From Trichosphaerium sp. ATCC 40318 (lineage: Eukaryota; Protista; Tubulinea), in assembly GCA_038496445.1 (NCBI GenBank), contig JALMLS010000376.1:744001-808000 (forward strand): a DNA stretch of 64,000 nt. The letters are read 5' to 3'. The translations under genes and the position numbers were made by a program. Shown piece by piece: positions 49,288-61,555 of the stretch (positions are counted from its first letter, which is position 1; each line of letters opens with the position of its first letter). The notes under the pieces are model-generated. The model did no database searches. It was not told where the DNA came from and saw only the letters and a program-made list of their open reading frames with translations.

Positions 49288-49953
49288 TTATTTGGTTGAA
49301 AGAGGTCTAAGTTCACCTTTTACGTAATTTCTTTGCAATTCCAACCTACCAATTACAGACCAACGTTTGTATTCTCCATTTAATTTACCATTTACATAAA
49401 AACAATGAGTCCATAGCCAACCGTTCTTATACATCTCTTTGAACTCTCCTTCTTTTTTACCATTAACAAAAAAGCAATGTGCTGCTAGTTGATTGTTATT
49501 GTACCAACGTTTACATTCTCCTTCTTTTTTACCATTAACGTAACCACACTTTACCATCAATACACCATTCTGAAACCATGCCTTATATTCTCCCTCTTTT
49601 TTATTGTTGACAAAGTAATACTGACGGGAAAGTTGACCAGTTCTATGCCACTCTTTAAACTCTCCATGGTGTTGACCATGGCTCCAACATCCTTGACATT
49701 TAGTATACTGTTTAGTGGTGTATTCATAGTATCTTTCTCGGTGGTGTGATGATCCTTTTCTTTGTGTTTTTATTTGTATTCTTTTCATTTTAATCCATTT
49801 TCCATGTCTTTTTAAATTATGGTCAAACCTTGTTGTTGTTGCTGTTTGCTTTGAGAATAGAGGCCATTTTAAATACATTTCAAAGTCTAAATCAATGATA
49901 TCTAGTTGTAGCTCCATTGGAAGGTTTAACAATCGATTATCACAGTTTTCCAT
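49288..49953 (-). CDS. F-box-like + MORN-variant repeat protein, copy 2 (~6 repeats)
   Basis: LLNLPMELQLDII...WPLFSKQTATTTRF; 24-aa repeats such as YVNGKKEGECKRWYNNNQL; coding region uninterrupted. Confidence 0.9.
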   Translation of the reverse strand: MENCDNRLLNLPMELQLDIIDLDFEMYLKWPLFSKQTATTTRFDHNLKRHGKWIKMKRIQIKTQRKGSSHHRERYYEYTTKQYTKCQGCWSHGQHHGEFKEWHRTGQLSRQYYFVNNKKEGEYKAWFQNGVLMVKCGYVNGKKEGECKRWYNNNQLAAHCFFVNGKKEGEFKEMYKNGWLWTHCFYVNGKLNGEYKRWSVIGRLELQRNYVKGELRPLSTK

Positions 49954-50197
49954 ACTGCACTATTTAATTTGGCCTTAATTTGATGTAGAGTACTTGGTTT
50001 GATACTTAAAACAGCTAATACACTTGTTTTATTGCCTTGTGTGGGAAAGAGTGTCAGTTGAATGTATTCCCGCAAAAGATGTAGTGCGCAGCAGTGGAGT
50101 TACTTACAAGTAAACGTAAACTATGTTTGACCAAAAGGCCTGGCTCAAATATTGGCTGTAGCGAAAAATAGAAGTACACGTTTTTTTTATTTTCGTT

Positions 50198-51468
50198 TTA
50201 CTCATCTGGGTTGTCTTTTGGAACTTCTTTCTTTGGCTTCTTTGATTTCTTCTTTTTTGTACTTTTACTATTACTCCTATCCTTCTTCTTTTTCGATGTC
50301 TCTTCAGATTCATCTTGATCGCTTTCCTCTTCCTTGTTCATGAGTACAGGTGATCTCTAAAATTTAATCAAAAAGCAAATCAGTAAAGCAGGCTTTACTG
50401 TAGCGCTTAGCTATTTTTGGACTTACATTCCCTCCGTAACTTTCTTCCAAGTTGTCGTCATCAATGAACTCGTTCAGTTTTTTATGAAGTGAACTAGGGC
50501 TTCCTGATATCCAGTGAAACTTGCTTTTTGTGTCTGATGCCATGAACGGTGTTAACAACTAAACAATACTAAGCGACTCGAAGCTTTCTAATAGCGCCGC
50601 ATACTGTGTAGAAAAAACTAAGCCACCACGGTGCTTGTAATACTAATCCAGCACCAAGCCTATTTGGGTAGTTGTTTTGCAACAAGTTCAGAGAATCTTG
50701 AGCAACTCTTCTTCCATCAGGAGAACTAGCTCTATTTCCAAAGTCTTACACACGTGTTATTATTTGGCCATTATTTTTTGTATTATTAAATGCTTACCAG
50801 AGAAGTCAAGAACCCAGCATAGCGTCTCAACGCCTTCTTCCATCGCTAGAGAAGAGTCAGTAATACTAAACTTCCAAAACAAGCAAGATTTAATAGTTTT
50901 TAAATCGTACAGGCAATTGCTTCTTCCAAAGTCCAAACTAAGAATTTTATTCTGACTGTTGGGATTAAAGGTAAGCGGGTGTTTATCTTTTGGGGTTTTA
51001 TTACCTTCATAAGGATGTGGGTTATAAGCTCCTGGTTTTATGTAAACAATAGGCCTTCCTGATAGATCTACGCCGTTTCTATACATTGTACCGAGATCCT
51101 AAGGTGTAGTTTTAATAAACAAAAAATGTAATAAATGCGTGTATGCGTACTAAAACAGGTTGAATGTCCGCCTGTGTTATTTTATGAGGCGAAAACGAGC
51201 TACGCCACTGAAGTGATTCTAAAAGCAACTTTTCGGCTTTTATAACGCTCCAATCGCGTGCGCTTAGGTATCTGATCAAGCAGTCGGTACCGAAACGGAC
51301 TGTAAGCGGTACATTCTACAAATTAACTAAAAAATACGTGATACACTTACTGAGCCACTCTTCAAACCCTTTGGCCTCATCAGAAGAGAAAATACTCTCA
51401 CGAAATACACCAAGTATTTTTTTCTGTTTGTCGCTCAATTCGGGACTTGCAACCTTCTTTACTTCCAT
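50198..51468 (-). CDS. CRAL-TRIO/Sec14-family protein (PDR16/RSC5-like)
   Basis: DCLIRYLSARDWSVIKAEKLLLESLQWR; GVDLSGRPIVYI; WVLDFS; YPNRLGAGLVLQAPWW; LEESYGG. Confidence 0.9.
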
Positions 51469-51784
51469 CTACAGTTGTTCTACTTGGCAATAATGGCTTT
51501 ACTTCCAATAAGGCTTAAATACGTTGACTACACGTGATACGAGATAGCAGCGTAAGAAACCGTACACTGTGCTACTAGTGACCGAAAGAAATGAATAACA
51601 AGCGATTTGGACAGTTACTAATTTTACATTGTTCAACGCCATAAAAACAGCGTTAAAATGCTACCAAACGACTTTCCGCGCGTAGGATAGCTCATTGCAA
51701 GTATTTACACGAAGTTCCATTACAAAAAACTCGGTAGAAAAATTCCGCCGAGCAGTCTTCCATTTTATTCGCTAGTGTCATTGT

Positions 51785-54388
51785 ATGAGCCCTACAGCAC
51801 TTGGAACACGTAATTTAATGACTCCCGGTCCTCGCAAGGAGCGGCTATCTAAGAAAAGGCGTTTGAACCCGGTAAAAAGGGCTTGTACTTCTTGCCGTTC
51901 AAAACACGTTAAATGCGATGGAGAAATGCCGTGTGCTCGATGCGTGATAAAGGATCTAAAATGCGTGTATGCGAAACCGAAGAAAAGAGGGCCAGTACTA
52001 GGTATGCACTCTTAGGACTCTTGATAAACGTATCAAGCTCAATACACGCGTTAAGGCCGGCGAGCGAAAAAAAACGACGAATTACAACAGCTTCGAGCTA
52101 AACTGGCTCTACAAAATAGTGAAACACAGTACTGGCGTTCAATGTATGAGAAGTCAAGTAAAAATAAGGTGAGTGGCGCTCAAACCGGTTTTTTTCTTAA
52201 TCTTTAAAGACAACTATCTGGCAACTGTCAGAGCACCTCTCAATAACTTCAGATATTGGCAAGTGGATCAATTCATACACTCAACTATTGATGCCTTGTT
52301 TCGTACGTCAACATCTGCGTTATGACCGAGAAAGGAAAAAAACCGTTTGAAATATTCTTCGTATTGTTTATTGTTTATTGTTTTGGTTACACCTTTGTTA
52401 TAGGGTGTACCTATTCGGCAATGGACGCCCGAAACTGTTATTGAGACATTTAAAAACAACACTTGTATGTAAGCGATATCTTAAAGTCATCTAACGTTTA
52501 TAAAAAGCTTGGTCTGTCGATCCTCAAATATTTGAGCTCTTGGCTATTTTGGCTCTTGGTGCACGCAAGGCAGGATCTAAAGAACCTGCAAAACACTTTG
52601 CAAAGATGTGTAAAGAAGTATGTGGGAACTTGGGAAACACAAAACATCCTTGTATAGCAGGCAAGCTCACTCACCATAGCTTAGGGTTTTTTTATTAAAT
52701 TATCCGCTTACTTTACACAAAAGGAGGTTTTATTCTCATAAGCGATTATGATTTTTTGGAGGGACAACTAAAATCAAGCACTGAGTACAAATCGAAGGGC
52801 CTAGGTTCGTTTTTTTCGTTGTGCAACAAGTTGTGGTTTTGGGAGCTAATTAAAAAACACGTGTAGAAATGATAAAGCTTCTGCTCAGTGATCCTTCTTA
52901 TTCAAATGACATGATGTCGTTAGAATATTTGAAAACAATAGAAAGACGTTGTAGGGTATTTACACCACTCATATTTACGGATAGGTACGTCTAGCGATAA
53001 AATATCAGCAAACTATGTCACTAATCTTTGTCACAAAAAAAAAGACCAAAAGCCTTAAAATCTTTAACAGAGATTGGAGAGGAAATAGGACCTTTTATTG
53101 ATAATGCGAGTTCTGTGAGTGTACCTGATGGTATTCAAGTAATGTGGTGCATCGTGGGAAAGGTATAAGTTGACATTCAGACTTATAAACGCGTTAACTA
53201 TTACAGATATGGATGATGATTTCTGAGCAAATGGAAACGCCTCCTAATAGCACAGCACCGGTCGGTTTCCGCTTAAAGTCTTTGGTACCATTTATTGATT
53301 ATTTCGTTATCTCTGATGAAACGATAGTCTGAGAATCAATTTGCACAGTACCTCTATGAGATATCAAGAGTTAAAGAATTTGCAAAACAAATATTTAAAG
53401 AATCGCACAACAATTTTAAGGTTATCTGGTCGAATGCTTGCGAGTTTATTGCTGCTCTCATTTACTTTGCTGGAGGTCATATTACAGAAGGAATTAAGGT
53501 AAAGAAATATTAATCTCGTTAAACCTCATGTTTGTTTTTCACGTGAAACCCACGTGGGTCGTTGGTTTTTTTTTGTCATTTAATTAATACTTTGTTGCCA
53601 TCAAGCGTGGAAAAGTTGTGTTCAATGCAATCGTTAGAGAACCAGTTCTACAAGATAACTGTCCTGGTTTTATGTGTATGATATATGATATTTGCCAAAT
53701 GGGTATTATTGGGAAAGACAGTAGTTTCTTCATTGAGGTGGGTGTTAGAAATCGATTAAAGCACTAAAAATTTTTTTTGGTCTGAACTCACATTCTCAAA
53801 CTGATTACTGTGCAGGGTATAAGTTATTTGTACAATGAATATAAGACAGCCAAGGAATTGATCAAGTATGTTATATTCTTATTACGCATCTACATTGTTT
53901 CTTTTTGTGTTACTTATTTGTTCTACAAAGGTCCCTTTTGTCTCTGGCAGATAGTACAGGCTTAGTTTACAATAAAGCACTCATAGTTGATGAGATATTC
54001 AATCTTTCTCCTTCCGATTCTCCCTCTTCAATAGAGGAAATGCGTATTGATGATAAATCACCACAAAGGTTCGTGGAGAGATCTTTGCCCACAAGAATTA
54101 GAAGACTGTTAACTTATCCTTTTTTTAAGTTTTCCTGTGCTTGACGCTACAATGACATCTGGATCTACAACACTTTCAAATTCTTCAGGAAAGAATCGAC
54201 TAGTACAGGAGTTTATACAACTACCAACAGATTATTCATTGCCAACACAGTTTGATACAGATGCATGGTTTGTTGATGAATTTAGGCCAGCATCAAAAGG
54301 TCAAGATGTTTTGCTTCATGGTGATGAGTTGGGGTTTTCATGTATCACATCTGAGGGACATGATCAATGTGACTTGTTCTCACCATGA
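51785..54388 (+). CDS. Zn(II)2Cys6 binuclear-cluster transcription factor
   Basis: ACTSCRSKHVKCDGEMPCARCVIKDLKCVYAKPKKRGP; multi-exon helical middle region. Confidence 0.9.
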
Positions 54389-54747
54389 AATAAAAACTTG
54401 TACGATAGCCCAAAAAAGAGTGTAAATAAAACAAAGCTGTAAAAAAACTGTTTTGAAGGTGTTATGCTAGTCCATTTCTTTATTTTAGTATCTTATAAAT
54501 ATTGATGTGTTCGCTTCTCAACAAAGTCAGTTATGTATAAAGTGCAACCTTGACAGACAGTTGTTATCAAAAATGTGATAAAAATCATCGTAAAGATGAC
54601 AATTTCTAGAGTATAATTTATAGTGTCGATTTAACATTGTCTAGGTATGAGATATATTCGCACGAAAGCGGCCATATTCAGAGGTCAATGATGTTGAGAT
54701 TGCATAGAAAGATTAACCTGGGAAACCAACATGCTCCTTATATTGTT

Positions 54748-55744
54748 TCAACTATCTTTTTCATACTTCCCCTCATCAACGTTACCTTGAATGTAGTAGT
54801 ATTGTGCTATCAAAGTGCCTTTTTCATTCCACTCATTGAACTCTCCTTCAAGCTTACCCTCGACATAGTGATTTTGCACCCTCAATTGGCTGCTTTCATA
54901 CCATTCCTTATACTCTCCTACAAGCTTACCTTTGACATAGTAACATTGCATACTCAAGCTACCATTTTTGTACCACTCCCTATGCTCACCTTGTCGCTTG
55001 CCATTTTTATAAGAGCCTTGCCTTAACAAACTACCACAGTATCTATAAAACTGCTTGTACTCTCCGTCAAGTATAGCATTAATATAATAGTATTGTTTGC
55101 GCAAAACACCGTCATACCAAATCTTGTATTCTCCATCAAGAAAGCCATTAACGTACGAGCATTTCTTTCTCAATTTCCCTTTACTATACTCTTTGTACTC
55201 TCCATCAAGTCTTCCAGAAAAATAGGAGTAATGCTTAACCAAGGTACCATGAATATCACACCACTCTTTGTACTCTCCATTAAGTTCGCCATTGGAGTAG
55301 AAACAATGTTTAAGCAATGTACCATGAACACACCACTCTTTGTACTCTCCATCAAGCTCACCATTGGTGTAGTAGCATTGTTTAATCAATTTGCTATTAT
55401 AATACAAATACTTATACTCTTTATACTCTCCTTCAAGTTCACCGTTAACAAAGTAACATTTCTCGGTCATAATATAGGTATTTCCTAGCCCATGCCAAAA
55501 TCCGTTTTGTATTCCAAGCCACTTTCCACGTTTTCGCAGATCTTTATTGAACCTAGTCGCTGTAGCTGTTTGTTTAGATAAAATTGGCATTTTGAGGTAT
55601 ACTTCCATGTCCATATCGGTTATATCCAACTGTATCTCCACAGGAAGTTGCAACAGAAAGCAACATTTCGATTTTGGAGCTTTTTTCTACGTTGTAATTT
55701 AGCATGTAGTATAGCTTGTTTTACACTATTATCACCTTAAACAT
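54748..55744 (-). CDS. F-box-like + MORN-variant repeat protein, copy 3 (~10-11 repeats); one short 5' intron
   Basis: ATG TTT AAG|gtgata...cgtag|AAA AAA GCT splices in frame to LLQLPVEIQLDI...PILSKQTATATRF; repeats such as YxNGELDGEYKEW. Confidence 0.88.
55040..55445 (-). repeat. Internal ~69-78 bp tandem coding repeats (TTGTACTCTCCATCAAG core on + strand)
   Basis: Core recurs at ~55055, 55125, 55193, 55268, 55340, 55421; units at ~55246-55320 and ~55321-55392 are highly similar at nucleotide level. Confidence 0.85.
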
Positions 55745-55926
55745 TGCTGATAATCACTTGATTACTCTATTGGTGCTCAAGGTATGCGTGACTAGCGGAA
55801 AACAGTCGTGATGCGTAGCTAATGCGTCAGGAACGGTGCAGTGGTAGAAATATGCGAGTGCTAAGACAAGGTGACCTTTAAGTCTACCCAGTATAGCTGT
55901 TAGCTGTGAGTGTAAAGAATACCTAC

Positions 55927-57968
55927 ATGAGTGAAAAGGCGATGAGCAATACCAACGAGTGCTTACTAACACAAAATTATGATATTTTACACGAGATTTT
56001 GGGCCTTTTACCGGCAAAACAATTGTGTTCCCTTGCTTGCGTGTCTAAGTACCTCAGGGAGGTATCGGAATCTCCGTATTTTTGGAAAAGGTAGAACTAA
56101 AATGGTTTTTTCCTTTAAAACGCTGTAACTAATTTATCTAACAATTCTGACGCCAGATTACTTATAAATTTACACAAAGAAGGAGAATGGAGCCACGTTA
56201 GCCAGTTTTTCGTTAGAAACCATAAAATGACGTATCTCGCATGGCGTACGTCTCATACGTACGTATGGGGTCTAACAGGCACGTCGTCGAACGTACATAA
56301 ATCAGCCTCCTTAAACTGAAATTAGGAAATTCACGATTGGGCATGGAACTTGATCAAAAACGCCAAAAAGTACCACTGCGTTTAACAACAGAAACGACAT
56401 TTAAAAAATGTGGTATGTTTTCTTGCAAGTTCAAGAGTTTTTTTTACTGCACGTGATAAATCAACGTGATGCCAAATTTCATCATTTTTTGTTGGCAATT
56501 TGTTTATGGGATTTTTTTTAGAGCCTTCTCATGAGTATGGTGGTTGTGCAGTTGATATTGATAGTTGTGGTTGGGCATGGGGATCAATATATAAAGAGTA
56601 TGTGGTTCTTTTTGTCTTTTTTTTGTTTGTATAACTTATGTGTTCTTAGAGACAAACCTGTCAGAATTGACATTGGTAAAGATACATACAATGTTAAAAA
56701 AGTCGCAATGGGTCATAATGTCCTTGCTTTGGTTACTCTTACAGGTGGTAAGCTAACTTAAAATTTACTGCACATAATATTGTTTTGACATTTTTAAATT
56801 GAATGTAACACTTTGGTATTGTAGATGCTTACTATTGGCACGGTGATGGCTGGAAAGATGTTAGAGCGTGCGTACTATATTTTTGTGTTAACACCGTAAC
56901 AAGTGTGTTGGTTAAAACCTGATGATACCTTGCCTTTTGAAGAGAGGTCACTTATCGTTTCCCTAAAATTACAACTTGATGTGCAAACAAAAAAACTTAA
57001 TTTCAGTGCTTTCTGACCCGTGTTATTGATTACCAAGGTTTTTTTTTCACTAATAAATTGTTTATAGGGAGCACGACAAGTATAAAGGCGAAAAATTTGT
57101 TTCTTGTTGTTGCACTGCATTTTGCTCTGTATTTCTTACAGAAACAAATAAAGTGATATCATTAAATTTATGGGCACATAAAGAAGATATAGTAAGCGAA
57201 ATGCCAAAAGATGATCCTGGTGTACACCTTGCTCAAAATTATGATGAACCTTTGATCTTGACTAAAAATGGTGTGTTATATTGTAAGGACAGAAAGTTTG
57301 CTGAACAAGGGATTACACAAGTAAGATTGCACTTTTTCTTTTTTACTTTTGTTGAGCTTTCCTCTCACTATATCAAACTTAGATGTCAGGTTCTTCAGGT
57401 CATTTTGGTTATGTAACTAAGGATCGTACATTATTTTTTACTGGACAGAACGGAATGGGACAGGTATGGCGCGAACTGAAAGAGCCAATGACTTGCAGTT
57501 TGTTGTAACGTCAAGAAACAACTGTACTTACTATTTTTGATCGTGTAGTGTGGTGTTATAAGTACTGAATTTGTTGATGAGCCAATGATTTGTCAGCATT
57601 TTACTAATAATGTACTTAAAGTCACATGTGGTGCAGAATGGCATGGTGGAGGTAAATTTAAATAATTTTTGAGTTATTCTTGTTTTTTTTTGTTGATTAA
57701 GTTCTACTCTCTAGCTGGTACAACAGTACTCACGACAGATCATAAAATATATAATTTTGGATGGTGCCCAGATGGGGTAAACAAAACACCTAAACTACAA
57801 GAAGAGTTTGTTGATAGGTAAGTGTTTTGTAAAGGTTCTTTATGTTTATTAAATACTTAATGTATATGAAGGTATGTGCTTGACGTGACAAGAGGAGAAG
57901 ACTACATAACGGCTATAGTCACAAGTATACCAAGAAATGTATTAGGGCCGTGCAGACCATACAACTAA
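55927..57968 (+). CDS. F-box + RCC1-like repeat protein
   Basis: YDILHEILGLLPAKQLCSLACVSKYL...FWKR; RCC1-type segments RLGMEL, VKKVAMGHN, FFTGQNGMGQ|CG, KVTCG, IYNFGW. Confidence 0.82.
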
Positions 57969-58138
57969 CAAATAAAGTTGCTTTAACTTATAGCTTAAAG
58001 TACAACCTTGTATGTTCTTTCTTTTATGATTGAGCATCAACATTCAATTTTTCTGAATAATAATCAAGTGTTCTTTCAAGATATTCCTGGTAGCTAACTT
58101 AACATTGTGATAATTTTTTATTTTGTTGAAGTAACGTT

Positions 58139-61100
58139 ATGTGCGTTGTAGGGTATATTAACACGTTATGTAATACTTTTAAAGGTCTAATATTCATGTT
58201 GTGGTTATTGGTGGAGGAATGGCCGGTACGAATGCTATTAATCGATGTGTTAACGCCTTACCACGCGTTTGACGTTGTTTTTACACTTGACAAACGCTTT
58301 TTTACGTGATTAGGATCTGTTATATTTCAAAAACTTGATAAAATGAATGGTATTGATGTAACGCTCATAGATTGCCATGTACACTACTACACGAAATGTT
58401 AGCCAGCTTTTAAGTAAAATCTTTTAAGGATGTTTTTGAAGCTGTGCCGTTCTCTACATCAATGTGTTTTGAAGTAGACATTCAAGAAACAGTAAAAAAA
58501 CTTCAGACAGTTGTCGTTAAAGTAAGAGAATCACACATTCTTGATTGACTATGTTGGATCGTTAACTTGGTTAGCACTCGGCATGCATCACAGACCCTTC
58601 AACAACCTTCATCAAAGGCAAAGTAAAGAAACTGACAAACAAGTTGGTGATTCTTGAAGATCAAACTGTATTTTTCGACTATGTTGCGATTTGTACAGGG
58701 CACGTGTTGTAAACCGTTTTTCATTTAACTTTTTCATAAGGTACTCTTGGACTTGTCGTCAAGATTCTCTTGTCAATGTGATTGATGGCTTCTCTTGGAG
58801 AGAAGGTTTAGGAGATATTGCAATATCTGTGGCGTCTAGTTCGTTCTTAATTATCGGTGCAGGTACCTTCTTGGCTCTTTCTACAGACCTTTGTTTACTT
58901 ATGTTTACAGGAATAATTGCACTACGTATGGCACATGAGATTAAACAGAAATCTCCAACATCTTCTGTTGTAGTTGCAACGCGACACTCCAGAATATTCT
59001 CAGAGTAAGTGCCAATAGGCCGGCTGTGTAAGTGATTGTATGTTTTAGGGAGTTTTTAGAAAGTGGGTGTGAGCAACACTTGGTACAACAACTACAACAT
59101 AAAGGTGTTGTATTCTATTTCAACACCTCTGTTGACAAAAAAAGCGAGAACACGTACAGCATAAAGGGTGTCAAGAAACCCATTACAGCAACACAAGTAC
59201 GAAGTAATACTAAAGTGTCAAGAAATAATAATGTGGTTTTAGGTTTTATGGTGTGAAACGCCGTCTCCAAACACCAAATTCCTTGAGTCTCATTTTTCAA
59301 GTGTACTGACATCTGATGGACATGTCAAGGTCATTAGTAGTATTTAATACGTTGACTAAATATGAGACTTAGGTGGATAAACGACTTAATATCAGTGGTC
59401 ATTCGAATATTTTTGCATTAGGTGATGTCATATTCTCGACAGAGTATAAACTTGAAATGCCTGCCATTAACCAGGCAAAATACTTTATAGATACTATGAA
59501 GTGTATTTTGAAAGACCGCACAAGACCAACGTACAAGGTTTGTCATAAGCTGTTAGTTGCCATTGTTTATTTATTCTTTCTTCTAAAAGAGAACAAAGCT
59601 GAAAAGTGTTCCTATTCCTTTGAGTTCATTTGAAACTCTTATTGTATCATATGGCGCGTAAGTATACCTTTTCGTTAAGTTTTGATAAGTATAATGTTAG
59701 ATAAGCGAGTGACTTGCTGTGTAGGGCTGCAACATTACAAAAAGAATCAGCGCAAAAAATGGTGAATACAAACATGAGGTACATTATGGAGCAAGCAACA
59801 GGTGTTAAAAAGACAAACTGGATAAAACGCGTTCCGCAGCTTATAAGAAGAGCTAAGAGTATAGATAGATCTGTAAAGACCAATAGTGATATAACTGGAA
59901 AAGTACAAATCGACTCTCTTTGATGTTTGGGTTTTTCATAAAGACAAAATAGGTGTTGGTATTCGCTATCACTATCATTGGAAGACATTCAGCACTCGAA
60001 CTCATTAACAAGTGTAACTGTAACCCGAGAATTTGTGAGGAGGAACGGCATGGTAAGCAATGTTTGTGTAACTTTTTCATTTTCGCTTATTACCTCAGGA
60101 TTTCCAAGACTTTTGGCTGGTTATAAACCAGATATTTATTACTTTGACTTCAAGAAAGTATCTTCTATAAGACTACTGCTCAAAGGTACGCATTATTGAG
60201 TGCTTTGGTTAGGCTTAACAATCTTTAAGGAGTTGAGAAAGTTGTTTTTGCGCCAGATAATGGATTTGAGTTGGTTGAACATACAACAGCTTTTGTGGAA
60301 GCTTTAAAAGGGAATAAAACTGTTAAGCACATCGTCTTTATAGTGATGGCAACACTTCCACCGACTTCAGAACCTTTCAAGTCATGGCTGAAGAAGTGTC
60401 ACGATATGTTTCAAGTACTACATAATGATGTTCGGTTTTGCCCTTTTAACGTTGCTTGATTAGAAACTAAACATACCCGTCACAACCTTACAGCCGCACA
60501 TGGTAATAGAATCGCATATGCATTGGGATGGTGAAAATATAAGGTCAACGGGAAGTTTTATTTGGCCAATAGCAAGAAGTGGCATGGGACAAGTGGTACT
60601 CTCTTTTTGTTTATGGTCTTTATCTAATTAATGTATTTATTCGCTTAGATATCATGTAAAGATGTAGCCGAATGTATTCACGCTATATTAAGGAACCCGA
60701 AAAAGCATGAATGGAAGGCATACGGACTAGGAGGACCAGAGAATTTGAAAGTGACTAAATACTTGAAAGCTGTATCTAAAATAGGTACTTTAGTTGCTTT
60801 TGTGTTGCTTTTCCTTCATAGTTAAAGGCTTGTATATAGTTGGAGAGGAGCTATTTCTTGTGCAACTATCGTGGGATGCTTGGATAAGACATGTTGTTGG
60901 CGATGGAATGACAGAAAAGTTTGCAAGAGAAGTAATGATACCATGGCATAACAATTTTGAACAATGTCCTCCACAAGCACATAATGTAGAAATGTTACTT
61001 GGTAGATCTCCAATGGTACATATAATACACGCTCACACTATTAAATAAGATAAATACTGACGCCTTTCTCATTAGAGTCTTGAAGATTGGGTCAAAGAAA

Positions 61101-61147
61101 ATGCTCATTTCTTTCTTCTTTCCAAGTCAGACGAAGAATCGTCATAA
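58139..61147 (+). CDS. AIFM2/AMID-like FAD-NAD(P) oxidoreductase fused to an NmrA-like (atypical SDR) domain
   Basis: HVVVIGGGMAG; FDYVAICTG; FLIIGAG; VDKRLNISGHSNIFALGD; then in frame VLVFAITIIGRHSALEL...GVEKVVF...VKHIVF...ISCKDVAECIHAILRNPKKHEWKAYGLGGPE...SLEDWVKEN. Confidence 0.8.
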
Positions 61148-61555
61148 TCACGTGTTTTTTGGGCGTTTGAAAAAAAATGAGTTTTCTAGACGGAGATGAT
61201 AGCTCATCGTAATGCCAATAACAATGTGGTACAACGGCAGGCGTCAAGTAGCGATTGTTACAATTGTAAGCCAAATTGTAAGAAATAGCGAACATTGCTA
61301 AACTTTTAAATTAGTAAAGAAGCGTATGATGGTTGTTTTAGTTTATTCGAGGGCATTTGTCACTTCTACAACACAATACAATTATCCGGAGATTATTGAC
61401 GCTACAAAGCTCTTCTACTTGTGGTAGAAGGCCTGCAGTCACGTGTCAAATAAAAAAACTCCGTGGCGTAGCGTACACTCCATCTGAATGTGTATTTTTT
61501 TTGATCAAAACACTGCCAAAACATCGAGGCTTTGTTACCAAAAGTAGAAGAAATA

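Noticed and set aside
49130-50100. Transposon boundaries (TIRs/TSDs) around the MORN genes
   Set aside because: No terminal inverted repeats, target duplications or poly(A) tails found by eye around any of the three copies
51785-54388. Zn2Cys6 factor as evidence of fungal origin or HGT
   Set aside because: The family is known in amoebozoans, and the gene has host-type introns
55040-55445. CRISPR-like or DGR-like reading of the regularly spaced repeats
   Set aside because: Repeats are degenerate in-frame MORN codons; no cas gene, reverse transcriptase or adenine-specific template/variable pair in the window
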